Shown piece after piece: positions 43,230 to 57,073 of a DNA stretch of 64,000 bases (position 1 is its first letter; every line of letters starts with the position of its first letter). Source of the DNA: Octopus vulgaris (taxonomy: Eukaryota); contig OX597829.1 in the NCBI GenBank assembly GCA_951406725.2, positions 44,516,001-44,580,000 of the forward strand, read 5' to 3'. Position numbers and translations under genes: made by a program. The notes beneath the pieces were generated by a model, which was not told the DNA's origin, made no database searches, and saw nothing but the letters and a program-made list of their open reading frames with translations.

Positions 43230-43399
43230 AATGTTCACATCTGAGATTAATATTATTGCACTGAGGCACTGCTACATGTGTAGCTCGTCACAAAGGCAAA
43301 AATTGCGATTTTGATCTGCAGGTGAATAAGTAGATATCCTGTTAAGTACCCTTCACGTGACGTTAATGAAATAATTTCCTTGGTTACGGAGTTTCTTGA

Positions 43400-43800
43400 A
43401 GTAGGTCAAGGGAGTGGAATTTTATGTCCGTACACTTGAAGAAATACTTGTATCGCATAAAACCTCCCTTGAAATCATTCGCTGTTTTGTCCCTATGGTG
43501 TTTGTTGATGATATGGGTGATGCGTAGCTCTATACACCACAATATTTGAGAACAGGATCCTCCCAAAGGATAGTCGGTAGGATTTTGGTAGTTATGAGTT
43601 AAAATGCAGGTCGAAGAGAATGTTCGTGTGTGTTTATTTCTGTCGCATGTAATTTTGGAAGCGATATTTTCTAAGCACAAGTAGCTATCCTTGACGTCAT
43701 GCAAATCAAAGTGTATGTGATATTTATAGGTTCTTAGGCAATGCAGATAAATTAAAATTCAAATGAGGAAAATTGCCTTTCCAGAAAGAAAAAAATCTTG
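43400..43800 (-). pseudogene. Highly decayed Penelope-like linker/GIY-YIG region
   Basis: VKDSYLCLENI..NPTDYPLGGSC..(IVVYRAT in a shifted frame)..TANDFKGGFMRYKYFFK resembles the PLE pattern VKxSYSC..CPLxGxC..VVYxA..TxxxFKxRYxxHKxSF. Confidence 0.55.
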
Positions 43801-45086
43801 AGAATTTCGACGCTGATTTCATAAGCATAAACAAAACAGTAAGATTTCGGCATCGTTCAAATCTCTGACCAGACTCTTTAACCAGTTTTATGCCACACTT
43901 CAATCACCTAATGTACACAGAAGTTGTTTACCCGACAAGTAATCCCCAATTTTGTCTATCTCTCTCTCTCTCCTCTCTTGAATAGCTCCGCCAACAATAA
44001 AAACTTGTATATATAAACAAAACTAGCAAAGTAGGTTGTGGTGGTGGTCGTGGTCGTGGTGAGTACTGTGCATTATTCAGTGTGTCATTGGTCTCAGCGG
44101 AGAGCACATGTTGGATTAGAAGTTAGGTTTATACAGAAAGAAGGGACGGTCTCGGAAAGACTAGAATGCCTTTTATCATAAGTCTCTTGATCAGAGAGAT
44201 AAAATCTGAAGCTAAACATGAACAACCTCAAAAATAGCCGCAAGTAATAATGGTATGTAGGAATGAAAATATATAGTGAAATAAATATATGTAAAGAAGA
44301 AAACAGTCCATAAATGGCAGAAACTCGGAGTAATGTCAATTCTGTTCATGGAGTGGAATGGCAAGATTACAATTAAACGTTATATTTTTGCGATAAAAAA
44401 AAAGCAAGAAAATTATAATGTGTCAATATCGAAGGTAGACGGAATGCGATGTAGATCCATAAGACCCATTACAGCATGATAAATGATTAACAAGTTTAAA
44501 ATAAAATAAAATAAAATAAAATAAAATAAAAAGGTAAAAAGAAAAACGAATAGTTATAAGCGGAAGTACAGTAAAAATAAACAAACTGCAAGGATTATAT
44601 TCAAATGGAAGATCTACGAAAACTGGAGTTACGGAAGCAGAAAAGAAGATCAGTCACTGATCTAAAGTAGGCGATGATGGAATAGAATAAGAATGGAGTG
44701 ACCGAATAGTTTAGTGCACCAGCAACTGATAATTCTACAGCAGTGCATTGTGATACGTCTGCGTATAATCTACACAGTTATAGATCACTGCGTTTGTGAT
44801 GTGCTATATTTGCCAGATTCAAGAATACGCTAAGAAGGACGGTAACAATCAGTTCAGTTCTCACTGTGATAACAATACACTTGCTGCCATATGTGGAATT
44901 AATAACGAAATTGTATAACAATCGATTCACAGAAGAAGAACGATTTGTATAGCCAGTTGGATGAAAAGTTCTTTGTTATTGTGGAATTTGATAAGGTTTC
45001 CTTGGATGTAGGCATACAGTGTGTGGGGATATTGCAAAATGTATAAGCCAGGCACGAGATGTGTGTATGTGTGTGTGTGTCTTTAC

Positions 45087-45129
<43 letters not shown>

Positions 45130-45211
45130 TTTACGAAAAAACAAAAGACAAGACAGGTGGTGTACAAAACAAACAGATGTATTAATATAACCCTCAGGAA
45201 TAGAAAAAGTA

Positions 45212-45246
45212 TTTTACGTTTCGAGCCTACGCTCGTCTACAGAAAG
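45212..45246 (-). ncRNA. Minimal type I hammerhead motif, A6U variant (within element 45123-45349)
   Basis: ttt CTGTAGA c GAGC gtag GCTC GAAA CG TA aaa; same family as 18922-18959. Confidence 0.55.
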
Positions 45247-45346
45247 GGATACAGAAAAAAACAAGGAGAGAAACAAGGACAGAAAAAAAGGAGAAAAAAA
45301 AAGGACAGAAAAAATGTGTGTAGTGGCTAACGATCTATCATGGCGA

Positions 45347-45429
<83 letters not shown>

Positions 45430-45586
45430 ATGTATATATATATATATATATATACTTATACAAAAATATATATGATATATGTTTATACACATATATTAAG
45501 GTATATGTATTTATGTGTTGTTGGTGTAGAGGTATATGTCTGCGTGTATGTGATGTGCCTGTGTTTATACACACACACACACACAT

Positions 45587-45778
45587 ATTTTGTGAAGGTT
45601 ATTTCTACAGAAATTAAATTATAGCCAGCAATGCTTATTTTGCTACAACGTTTCGTATTGTTACATCGGATGTAAATAAACAATGATTGTTTGTTTACAT
45701 CTGATATCTCGATACGAAACATTGTAGCAAAAACATCAGTGCTGGTTATAAGTTTTGCAAAAATAACCTTAACAAAAT
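45587..45778. repeat. About 190-bp imperfect palindrome
   Basis: Arms centred on 45685: ttttgctacaacgtttcgtat/atacgaaacattgtagcaaaa, gatgtaaataaacaat/attgtttgtttacatc, aaggttattt/aaataacctt. Confidence 0.85.
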
Positions 45779-46649
45779 GATGTAAAAAGCACTGCTAACA
45801 CAGTAGAACGGGGAGTTGAATCGTAAAAACATTTAATATACTTTATAATATATCATGGTTGCATAATGAAATACCACGTGCCTACAAGTCATTAATGTGT
45901 GTGTGTGCGCGAGTGTGTGTATGTGCGTAAGAATATATGTATATGCATATAGATTTCAAACAATTATAAAGAATGCGGCGACAGGTAAATCATCAAAGAT
46001 ATTTCTTTTAATTTAACAGTTGGTCATACTGCATAATTATTCAGTTACAATGATCGATACGTGCGCTCTTCTCCTGCACAGAGTATGTGCAGTTACACAT
46101 GAAACCCAGCATAATATTCTTTGCACTTTCATTCAGGGTCCTTCAGCAAGCGTGGTTCGAAAGAAACTGATTTCTTTTATTTACATGTGACTAGTTTAAG
46201 ACACCAAGTGAAGTGATGCGGGGGTGGGGTAGAATATGTTGAAATCTTATTTGGCTATCTAATTTATAATATGGGTGACTTCTTCTGAACACCAATGCAG
46301 AGCGGACAGCAAGGGTTCAATATATGTCGAATTAGGTCAAATCGTATCTGGGTATTCTAATATGGTTTTTCCTCGGGTTAAACTTAATTACATCGATAGG
46401 GTTCCATCAATATGTTTTATAATTGTGCAGCTTTTAGTTGAGTTCTTGTGTTATTCGCAGATTTCCATACCTTTATATGTCACTATGATTTATAGGGATA
46501 AAATGAAGGTATCTTAAGCTAGTAGTAATCACGATATCAAATGGAATGTTAGGCCAGATAATGTTCCGACATACACCTTCATCATTCTACACCGCCTCCT
46601 TTATGTATAAGATATCAACTTACCCGATATCTACATGAAAGCGCTTAAA

Positions 46650-46941
46650 GGTTTTTCCATGGGTGTGTAAACATCTCAAGGTCTGTTCAAGTGTACTGTT
46701 AAATAATTTATGTTTGGATGTGGTATATTTTTCTATTCGCAAATTGCATTTCTTTCCCCCTGTTCTATATGGAGCAGCTGTACTAATTTTATTCTATTCT
46801 ATACTAAAATTAGCGTTCTTGTCTTTGAGGGAGCAGATTAACTTGCTCAAGCTAGTGCTATTCATCTTATCTGTACCCTTAAATGAATTACCAAGATTTT
46901 TTCTGATTTGCCTTAAAGCTTGTCGAGACGTCCCCTATATA
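46650..46941 (-). pseudogene. Penelope-like element GIY-YIG endonuclease C-terminal remnant
   Basis: YIGDVSTSFK / NSFKGTDKMNSTSLSKLICSLKDKN..IE*..AAPYRTGGKKCNLRIEK..LFNSTLEQTLRCLH, with a frameshift and a stop. Confidence 0.8.
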
Positions 46942-47348
46942 GAGGTAGGAATTGCCCTCCGACGTACCCTAATGTACCTTAATGTGGGGTACCCTAATTA
47001 GGGTATTCCGATGTATCCTAATGTAGGCAAGATAAAAAGAAAAAGAAAAAGTATCTGTTTTGAGAATTTTGGCAGCGTTTAACAGTTACCAAAGGAACAT
47101 TAAATTCTAGAGGCACTGCAAGAAATTCCAGGAGAAATTCTCTCAGTATAGAACAAGAAGTGTTATGGTACGTTTTGCATTACTTTCAAGGACAAAGTCT
47201 AAGCAGAAAACAAAGTGAAATCGATATACCACTGCTCAAACATTGGATCACTAGTATACAGTACAGAGAAATACAAGATTGCAGATAAAAGATATTGTGA
47301 AATATATAGATCGGTATTTGGTCGCAATTGTTACAATGCAGTATGGAT

Positions 47349-47731
47349 GGAAGCACTCCGTCGGTTACGACGACGAGGGTTCCGGTTGATCCGATCAACA
47401 GAACAGCCTGCTCGTGAAATTAACGTGTAAGTGGCTGAGAACTCCACAGACACGTGTACACTTCACGTAGTTCTCGGGGATATTCAGCGTGACACAGAGA
47501 GTGACAAGGCCGGCCCTTTGAAATACAGGTACAACAGGAACAGGAAGTAAGAGTGAGAGAAAGTTGTGGTGAAAGAGTACAGCAGGGACCACCACCATCC
47601 CCTGCCGGAGCCTCGTGGAGCTTTAGGTGTTTTCGCTCAATAAACACTCACAACACCCGGTCTGGGAATCGAAACCGCGATCCTACGACCGCGAGTCCGC
47701 TGCCCTAACCACTGGGCCATTGCACCTCCAC
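47349..47731 (-). mobile_element. SINE family B with 12-bp TSD
   Basis: Reverse complement of 40301-40691; acaatgcagtat at 47333-47344 and 47730-47741. Confidence 0.92.
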
Positions 47732-47965
47732 AATGCAGTATAAGCGGTTGGTTACATCAGACGTAACAAGCGGCAGCATGTTATCAGGGTGTCAGAAATA
47801 GATTTGCAAGTCTTAATGAGCTTAAGACACAGCAAGACAGTACGAGATAAAAAAAAGAAAAGCGTGAAACTGCCCTGGGTAAAAAAGGCCTAGTTACAAC
47901 ACATCGCAGTAATGCTTAATTAATGAAAATACTACGGTAACGCTTATTGAATATATATATAAATA

Positions 47966-48048
<83 letters not shown>

Positions 48049-48181
48049 ATATATATACATACATATATATATATATTATATACATATATATATATATACA
48101 TATATATACACATATATATACATATATATATATATTAATATACATATATATATATATATTTATATATATATATATATTTAC

Positions 48182-48256
<75 letters not shown>

Positions 48257-48645
48257 AATACCTTGAAATATTTGACATGAAGAACTGGAAAGACTACAAA
48301 AGAAAACGAGAAAGGAAATAAACTGAGGTAGCAGCAAGAGAAACCAATCTTTAAACATATGAGGTTTTGCTGGATGGAGGTGCTAATCTCCCTTGTTCGA
48401 AAACATAAGGACACAGAACGTTTGCGGAGTATAGCCAGCTAAAAACGATGTTTCTTGGGGCTACATGACAGTAATATTCTTCCACTTACTGGGATTGCCA
48501 CATTCTGTTGGCAAAAACCCATTACTTGATATATACATATTTATTTATATAATTTTTTAATATTTTTTATATTTTTTATACTTTTTTTAATATTTTGGGG
48601 GCTAGTATTGAAATTTCAAGAGATAGAATAGTAACTATACTAAGC

Positions 48646-48906
48646 AGTAAAGTCAGTCGCCACATCATAATGGCTGTTTCATGTTACTACTAGTTTAACC
48701 CCAGGCAAATTCTCCACCAGCTGTTTAACTAAGTCAGTCTCGCGATCCTGTTACCCGCAAGTGTGTGGTTGTGTTTCGCTCCCTCTACTAACAATATATT
48801 GTATATAAAGGGTGTAGAGTCGCACCAATAACCAGGTGGGGGAGAATCTGCCTGGGGTTAAACTAGTAGTAATATTCAACAACCACTTTGATGTGGCGAC
48901 TTTACT
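48646..48906. mobile_element. MITE-like element with about 70-bp TIRs
   Basis: agtcgccacatca..ttactactagtttaaccccaggcaaattctcc versus ggagaatctgcctggggttaaactagtagtaa..tgatgtggcgact. Confidence 0.8.
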
Positions 48907-48976
<70 letters not shown>

Positions 48977-49147
48977 AAAGGGTGTGTTATAATACTATTC
49001 CATATATACAAAAACAGCCTTACCAACAATCCAATATACCTCCATCATCAGCTGCCCCACTGATGTAATTATGGTTTCGACACCTGAGCAGTACCATTCA
49101 ATCTGATGGTCTATATATATATATATACGTACACAAGGCTAAAAGTA

Positions 49148-49472
49148 AAGATCCCCTTCGGTCATGAATGGCCAAATGATGGTACCTAGACAGTTACATT
49201 CCGAGGTACAAGTCTGGGCAATTTTGTTTATGGAAGACCAGCAGTCGCCCATGCGTACCAGCATCCCCTCTCCATGCCAACGATGTTATCCAAGGGAAAG
49301 GGAAAGGCAAAGGCCGATACAACTTGGCACCAATGACTTCGCAACTCATTACTACAGCTGAGTGAACTGGAATAACGCGTCATGCTCAAGAACACAACAC
49401 AAAGCCCGCCCGGGAATCGAACTCAGTACCTCGTGATTATGAGCCCGATGCCCTAACCACTGAATCATACGA
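49148..49472 (-). mobile_element. tRNA-derived SINE (further family; tail fragment also at about 36947-37050)
   Basis: Minus-strand cagtggttagggcatcgg..gagttcgattccc head; the tail ccattcatgaccgaagggga is shared with 36950-36970. Confidence 0.75.
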
Positions 49473-49710
49473 CTTCTACTTTATTATTGCATTATTATGA
49501 CTTTGGCTGGACATAAGAACTTGTTGCAGCAATACAATGCGGGGCAGCTATGGTAAAGAACTTCCAAAAGGCTTCCGGTTTAAACAGGACCTATTTATGG
49601 ATGCTACGTATCCCTAAATTTCATACTCTGTTGCCTTCGATTACCACTAACTCCTTTTTCTTGTGTCCCTCATAATTTCTCTTTTCCTCTATTTCCCTTG
49701 TTCACTCTTT

Positions 49711-49762
<52 letters not shown>

Positions 49763-49910
49763 GTCTTGTTTTGTGTCACTCTTCTTCACACTCTATATTC
49801 TGTCTTTGTCTCCTGCCTCTTTATATATTTACCACAATTTCAAGATATAATTCTCTTTAACTTTTCTTTTTCCCTTTTCTTCAACGCACAGTTGCACAGT
49901 CACGCACGGA

Positions 49911-50054
<144 letters not shown>

Positions 50055-50504
50055 TATATACACGCGAGCATACACACACTCACAGTCACACACACACACA
50101 CACAGAGGCACAAGAGAAAATCCTCATGTACACAAACACATATACAGAATGTGCACATTTATACACATATACGAAGGCATCAAAATTTTTGAACATTTTT
50201 TTTTTCCCGAAAACAAAATGGCTAAGTATCACTTTGTCAAAGCTGAAATTGAAAGAAAGTCGTCATGCTTAAAAAATGGACACAAAATCTATAACGATTC
50301 CGTTAGTATTATTGCAACTTCAGCAGCTGTCAACGCAACAGAACTAAATTCTTTATTTCAACAGAAAAAAAAGGAAAAAAAAAAATCTCCCTCTAACACA
50401 GAAAATAAAAAAAAAATCACCCATCATAGTGCAGTTGATATCATCACAAAATTCTTTAGCTGAGAAACTAAGAAAATATACGTGTTTTTACATATTTCTT
50501 ATTC

Positions 50505-50644
<140 letters not shown>

Positions 50645-50899
50645 AAGAAGAAGAAAGAAGACGAAGAAGAAGAAGAAGAAGAAGAAGAAGAAGAAGATGG
50701 TGAAGAAGACGAAGAAGATGGTGAAGAAGAAGAAGAAGGAAGAAGAAGAAGAAGAAGAAGAAGAAGAAGAAGAAGAAGAAGAAGAAGAAGAAGAAGAAGA
50801 AGAAGAAGATGGTGAAGAAGACGAAGAAGAAGAAAGAAGAAGAAGAAGGAAGAAGAAGAAGAAGAAGAAGAAGAAGAAGAAGAGGGAGAAGAAGATGAA

Positions 50900-50934
<35 letters not shown>

Positions 50935-51580
50935 AGAAGAAGAAGAGGAGAAGAAGATGAAGAAGAAGAAGGAAGTAGAAGACGTAGAAGAAGAAGAAGG
51001 AAGTAGAAGAAGAAGAAGAAGAAGAAGAAGAAGAAGAAGAAGAAGAAGAAGAAGAAGAAGAAGAAGAAGAAGAAGAAGGATGATGATGATAATAAAAACA
51101 ATAACAATAACAATATTTTTTTTATTTTATTAGATTATTGAAATAATACATGGTACGTATAAACAAACCCATCTATTTTGTGTTATTAAGATATCATACA
51201 TAGGATACATAGATATATAGATACATAGATACTTGCAGAACCTGTGTACAAATGTACAGATATACAGATACGCATACGTACTAACGGAGCTACGTCCATT
51301 CTATGCACGTGTATGCCTACATAGGTACATACATACATGCATGCATGTGCATACTGTCTTACACACATCCAAATAGAATCGCACGCACACACAAACACAA
51401 ACACACACAAATACACACATGCAATCATACATTCTTTCACATACACATTCATTTACAATCATTCACAAATACCCATGCACACGCATACAAAACACAGACA
51501 CACACACACACACACATATATATATGCATGTCTACATATGCATGTATAAATCCATACACACGCATACATGCGTAAATAGA

Positions 51581-51612
<32 letters not shown>

Positions 51613-51755
51613 CTGTCTATAGATGTACTTACACAAAATATATACAAAACACACTCACACAAACAATTACACACAAACGGATATGTGTGTATGTGTGTGT
51701 AGGTAGGTAGGTATGTCGTTATGTATGTATCCCTCTTTCTCTCTCTCTCTCTCTC

Positions 51756-51843
<88 letters not shown>

Positions 51844-51901
51844 TATATATATATGTTATATACATATATATAAAAAAGAGTAAAAGATATATATATATCT
51901 T

Positions 51902-51936
<35 letters not shown>

Positions 51937-52510
51937 GCACCCCACACACATGCTCCCATCCCCACACGCACACTAACGCATTCACACGCAGCATACTCAC
52001 AAAAACACCATACGCCGTGACAATATATACGTTACAACAACAATATTTGATATCCTTCCTTGTTAACTGGCTTTCACTATATTCGTCCTTTCGTGTCACT
52101 TTTGTTTCCCTATCAGAAACAGAAAACGGTTTGATCGATAATATTAGTATTGAACCTTCAAACGTAAAGTTACCTGTCACCACAGATTATAATATTTGTT
52201 TTAATTTCTTTTGACAACGTATATTTGTTGCTGTTATTGTTCGTGGTGGTGTTGGTGGTGTTTTGTTGTGTTTTTTGTGTGTGTTTTTGCTGGGTTTTTT
52301 TTTTTTATTTTTAGGATTGGTTTAAATTTTTTTCGGATTTTATTATTTATTATTTATATCTTTATTTTATTGCATTCCATTTTGTTCGCTGCTGCTCCAA
52401 TCTCAGTATTAGGTATATATATATATATACATATATGTATACATATATATATACATATATATATATATACGTATATCTATATATATATATATACACACAC
52501 ATATATAAAC

Positions 52511-52561
<51 letters not shown>

Positions 52562-52596
52562 GACATATATATATATACGTATATATATATATACAC

Positions 52597-52627
<31 letters not shown>

Positions 52628-52711
52628 CATATATACATATTTATATATGTATATATATATATATATATACATAGACAAATATTTATACATATATATGTAT
52701 GTAAATAAAGA

Positions 52712-52759
<48 letters not shown>

Positions 52760-52975
52760 GTCTGTATATATGTATGTATACATAGATCCACATACACATA
52801 TATATATATATATATATATATGTATCTCCGTATATATATATGTATGTGTGTGTGTGTGTGGATGTATGCATATATAGATGCTGCCGATGTTGTCACCTCG
52901 TTGCTGTTATTGATATTGGTGTTCTTCCTTTCAGTGTTATCTTTAGTGCTGGCAACTGTGTTGACAAAGAAGTAG

Positions 52976-53099
52976 ATGTCAACAACGACGGCGACGACGA
53001 TGCTGACAGCGACGCTGACGGCGACGCTGACGGCGACGTTGACGAACTACAGCAACGACAACGGCAGCCATTGCGACGATGTAGATTATTATGGAAACG
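52976..53099 (+). CDS. Candidate first coding exon, receptor-like extracellular N-terminus
   Basis: [41 protein letters not shown], followed by a phase-1 GTGAGT donor at 53100. Pyrimidine-rich acceptor ttcttcctttcag ends at 52934. Two N-x-S sequons. Confidence 0.35.
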
Positions 53100-53238
53100 G
53101 TGAGTAAGTAAAAGAGTGAAGTGATGGAGGAGGAGGAGAAGAGTAAGAGCGAAGAGGGAAGGGGGAAGGGTGACGATGAAGCAGGCGGCGGTTTTGCCGA
53201 AATGTCGTAAGCGGTGGCGGTTTGAGTAACGATAATGG

Positions 53239-53400
<162 letters not shown>

Positions 53401-53401
53401 C

Positions 53402-53448
<47 letters not shown>

Positions 53449-53461
53449 CGATGATGATGAC

Positions 53462-53507
<46 letters not shown>

Positions 53508-53941
53508 GTGTTGGCGGTGATGAGGATTATGATTATGATGTGTGTGCGCGGTGAAAATGATGATAATGGTGTTGGTGGTGATGATGATGGTAACTATGGT
53601 GACGATGTTGATGATGATAATGAGGTGGAGGAGGAGGAGGAGAAGGAGGAAGCGGAGGAGACAGAAACATATAGCCAATGTGAGGAGGAGAATGATTTCA
53701 CTGCAAGCTATTCTTGGCACGGGTGTGTGATTAAGAAGGTTGCTCTGAACCACGCAGTTTCGAGTTCAATCTCACTGCACGGAATCTTTCTCTAGTGTCT
53801 ATTATAACCTCGGTTGGACTAAACGCCTACTGAGTGAAAATGGTAGACGGCAGTTGTGTGGGAGCCCGTCTATATATATGCGTGCATGAATGCAAACTTC
53901 CCTTGAACTCGTGAACATTATACTACGCCAGAAATTACATT

Positions 53942-54258
53942 AAGGCGGCGAGCTGGCAGAAACGTTAGCGCGCCGGGCGAAATGCTCAGCAGTATTTCGC
54001 TTGTTGCTAAGTTCTGAGTTCAAATTCCGACTTTGCTTTTCATCATTTCGGGGTTGATAAATTAAGTACCAGTGAAACACTGGGGTCGATATGATCGACT
54101 TAATCCGTGTGGTAAGTAGCTTGCTAACCAACCACATGGTTCCGGGTTCAGTCCCACTGTGTGGCACTTTGGGCAAGTGTCTTCTACTATAGCCTCGGGC
54201 CGACCAAAGCCTTGTGAGTGGATTTGATAGACGGAAACTGAAAGAAGCCTGTCGTATA

Positions 54259-54315
<57 letters not shown>

Positions 54316-54942
54316 TTGTGTGTCTGTGTTTGTCTCCCTAGCATTGCTTGACAACCGATGCTGGTGTGTTTACGTCCCCGTATCTTAGCGGTTCGGCAAA
54401 AGAGACCGATAGAATAAGTACTGGGCTTACAAAAAAGAATAAGTCCCGGGGTCGATTTGCTCGACTAAAGGCGGTGCTCCAGCATGGCCGCAGTCAAATG
54501 ACTGAAACAAGTAAAAGAGTAAAAGAGTATATCAATGGCTAAGCATGTTATCATAGAGTGCATACAAGAAAAATGTTTATAATTACAAACAAGTCACAAT
54601 TATAACTAATATGGTTTCTTGTATGTATTTTATGATAACATGTTTGGCCATTGGTAAATAATTTTAATTGTTCACATATTCTCCGTAATAAGGCGGCGGG
54701 AATTTCATCCTTTCGAGGTCGATTGAATAAGTACCAGTTATGCACTGGAGTCGGTGAAATCGACTTAATCCATTTGTCTGTCCTTGTTTGTCCCTTCTGT
54801 GTTTCGTCCCTTGTGGGTTGTAAAAGATATAAGAAACGTTAGCACGCCGGGTGAAAATGCTTAGCAGTATTTCGTTTGTCTTTATGTTCTGAATTCAAAT
54901 TCCGCCAAGTTCGACTTTGCCTTTCATTTTTTCAGGGTCGAT
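53942..54942 (+). mobile_element. SINE cluster: family D (53942-54106), family A (54107-54527), family D tandem (54691-54942)
   Basis: Direct matches to other family copies in the window. Confidence 0.88.
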
Positions 54943-55030
54943 CGAAAACAATTGCAGCGTAGGAAGGTGTTTATAAGCCATTTAAGAAACACACAAAAAC
55001 CGTTAGATTCACTTCAACATTTAAATTTAA

Positions 55031-55081
55031 TTTGTCAAAATATTTTCGTCGCTTTCAGACCGCGACCTGTTCACTGACAAA
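55031..55081 (-). ncRNA. Minimal type I hammerhead motif with G3/C8 swapped core
   Basis: Exact reverse complement of 56599-56649. Confidence 0.6.
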
Positions 55082-56598
55082 ACTTCGTGATGCATCTGAG
55101 AAAGTAACAGTTAGTTCATGATATATATGTACGTATGTATGTATGTATGTATGTATGTATGTATGTATGTATGTATGTATGTATGTATGTATGTATGTAT
55201 GTATGTATGTATTATGTATGTATGTATGTATGTATGTATGTATGTATGTATGTATGTATGTATGCATGCATGCATATATGTATGTATGTATGTACTTATG
55301 TACCTACGTATGTATGTGAGTATGTAGGAGAGTGTGTATACGTATCTGTGTGTATGTACATGTGAACGTATGTTTATGTACTAATATGTGTCAGTTCAAG
55401 TTGTATACATGGCTGTTACCTTGTTGAAGGTTGTATATATACACACATATACATTTATATAGACACACACATATATATGTGTGTGTGTGCGTTTGTCCCT
55501 CTCACCATCGTCTAACGGTGAGTGGATACAACGTCTTAGATACATATATGCACATATAACCTTATACATATATACAAATACACACAATCATATAGACACT
55601 ACCACATACTCAAAAATATACGTATAATCTTAAAGTATACACTCATATACGCTTATCCATCTCTGCATACATATATACATATGCACATACATACATATAT
55701 ATGTTTATACATACATACACACATGCACCTACATATACATATATACATATACATATATAATACTCTTTTCATGGACAACGGTTAAAATTCAAACTTGCTT
55801 TATTTTATTCTATTTATTCTTTTTTTATTCTTTTTATTTTTTACATGCATACATATACAATACATACACATATCTACACATAATATATATGTGCATACAT
55901 GTACATACTTATACACTAACATACACAACACACAACACATACACACACGTATACACGCATATACATCTATACATACGCATGCATGTACATACTTATACAC
56001 TATATAAATGTATATGTGTGTATATATACAACCTTCAAGAAGGTAAAAGTCATGTATACAACTTGAACTGACACATATCAGTACATAAACATAGGTTCAC
56101 ATGTACATACACATGTACACACACACACAGACACGTCTACACACGACATACTCCTACATACTCACATACATACGTAGGTACATAAGTACATACATACATG
56201 CGTATATGCATGCACACATGCATGCGCACATACATGTACACACATACTTACGCACATACATACATACATACATACGCACATACACACATACGTGTACACA
56301 CATGCATACGCACATACATACATACATACATGCATGCATACATACATACATACATACATACATACATACATACATACATACATACATACATACATACATA
56401 CATACATACATACATACATACATACATACACATGCATACATACACTCATACATACATACATACATACATACATACCTACATACATACATACATACATACA
56501 TACATACATACATACATACATACATACATACATACATACATACATACGTACATATATATCATGAACTAACTGTTGGTTTCTCAGATGCAGCACGAAGT

Positions 56599-56649
56599 TT
56601 TGTCAGTGAACAGGTCGCGGTCTGAAAGCGACGAAAATATTTTGACAAA
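56599..56649 (+). ncRNA. Minimal type I hammerhead motif with G3/C8 swapped core
   Basis: TTTGTCA GTGAACA g GTCGC ggtctgaaa GCGAC GAAA ATAT TT TGACAAA. 7-bp stem I, 5-bp stem II, palindromic AATATT stem III. Confidence 0.6.
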
Positions 56650-56725
56650 TTAAATTTAAATGTTGAAGTGAATCTCACGGGTTTTGTGTGTTTCTTAAAT
56701 GGCTTATAAACACCTTCCACGCTGC

Positions 56726-56777
<52 letters not shown>

Positions 56778-57000
56778 TAAATTTCTAAATTTCTAAATGT
56801 CTCAACGAGACATGAGCGGTGGTGGAGCGATAGAGTGGTTGTATAAAGTCAACATAACGTGACAGTCCCGTAGAGGGAATTACACCACCGCTATATAGCC
56901 CTAGGAAGCATCGATGCTTCCTGTCGGCTTTGACACATTTTCTGTGTCCTTATATTCGCAAAGGGGAGACAAGCACCCCAACCAGCTAGGAAAACAGCAA

Positions 57001-57046
57001 CCTGAATACATGCATGTTTCTGCGTATTGTCCTTCATCAGTTCAGG
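57001..57046 (-). ncRNA. Type I hammerhead motif, canonical core, degenerate stem II
   Basis: cctgaa CTGATGA aggacaatacgca GAAA CATGCATG TA ttcagg. 6-bp stem I, palindromic stem III. Confidence 0.7.
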
Positions 57047-57073
57047 ATAGCGTGTCCTATATATATATATATA

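Larger units (their letters stand above)
54950..56729. mobile_element. About 1.8-kb fold-back element; arms at about 54950-55462 and 56000-56729, each with a hammerhead motif
   Basis: Arms are reverse complements across the unique termini, the (TATG)n tract and the inner unique segment. Confidence 0.88.

Noticed and set aside
46115-46155. Hammerhead-like CTGAAGG..GAAAGTG downstream of the GIY-YIG remnant
   Set aside because: A9 and the UH site are altered and stem II is absent; the position is suggestive only.
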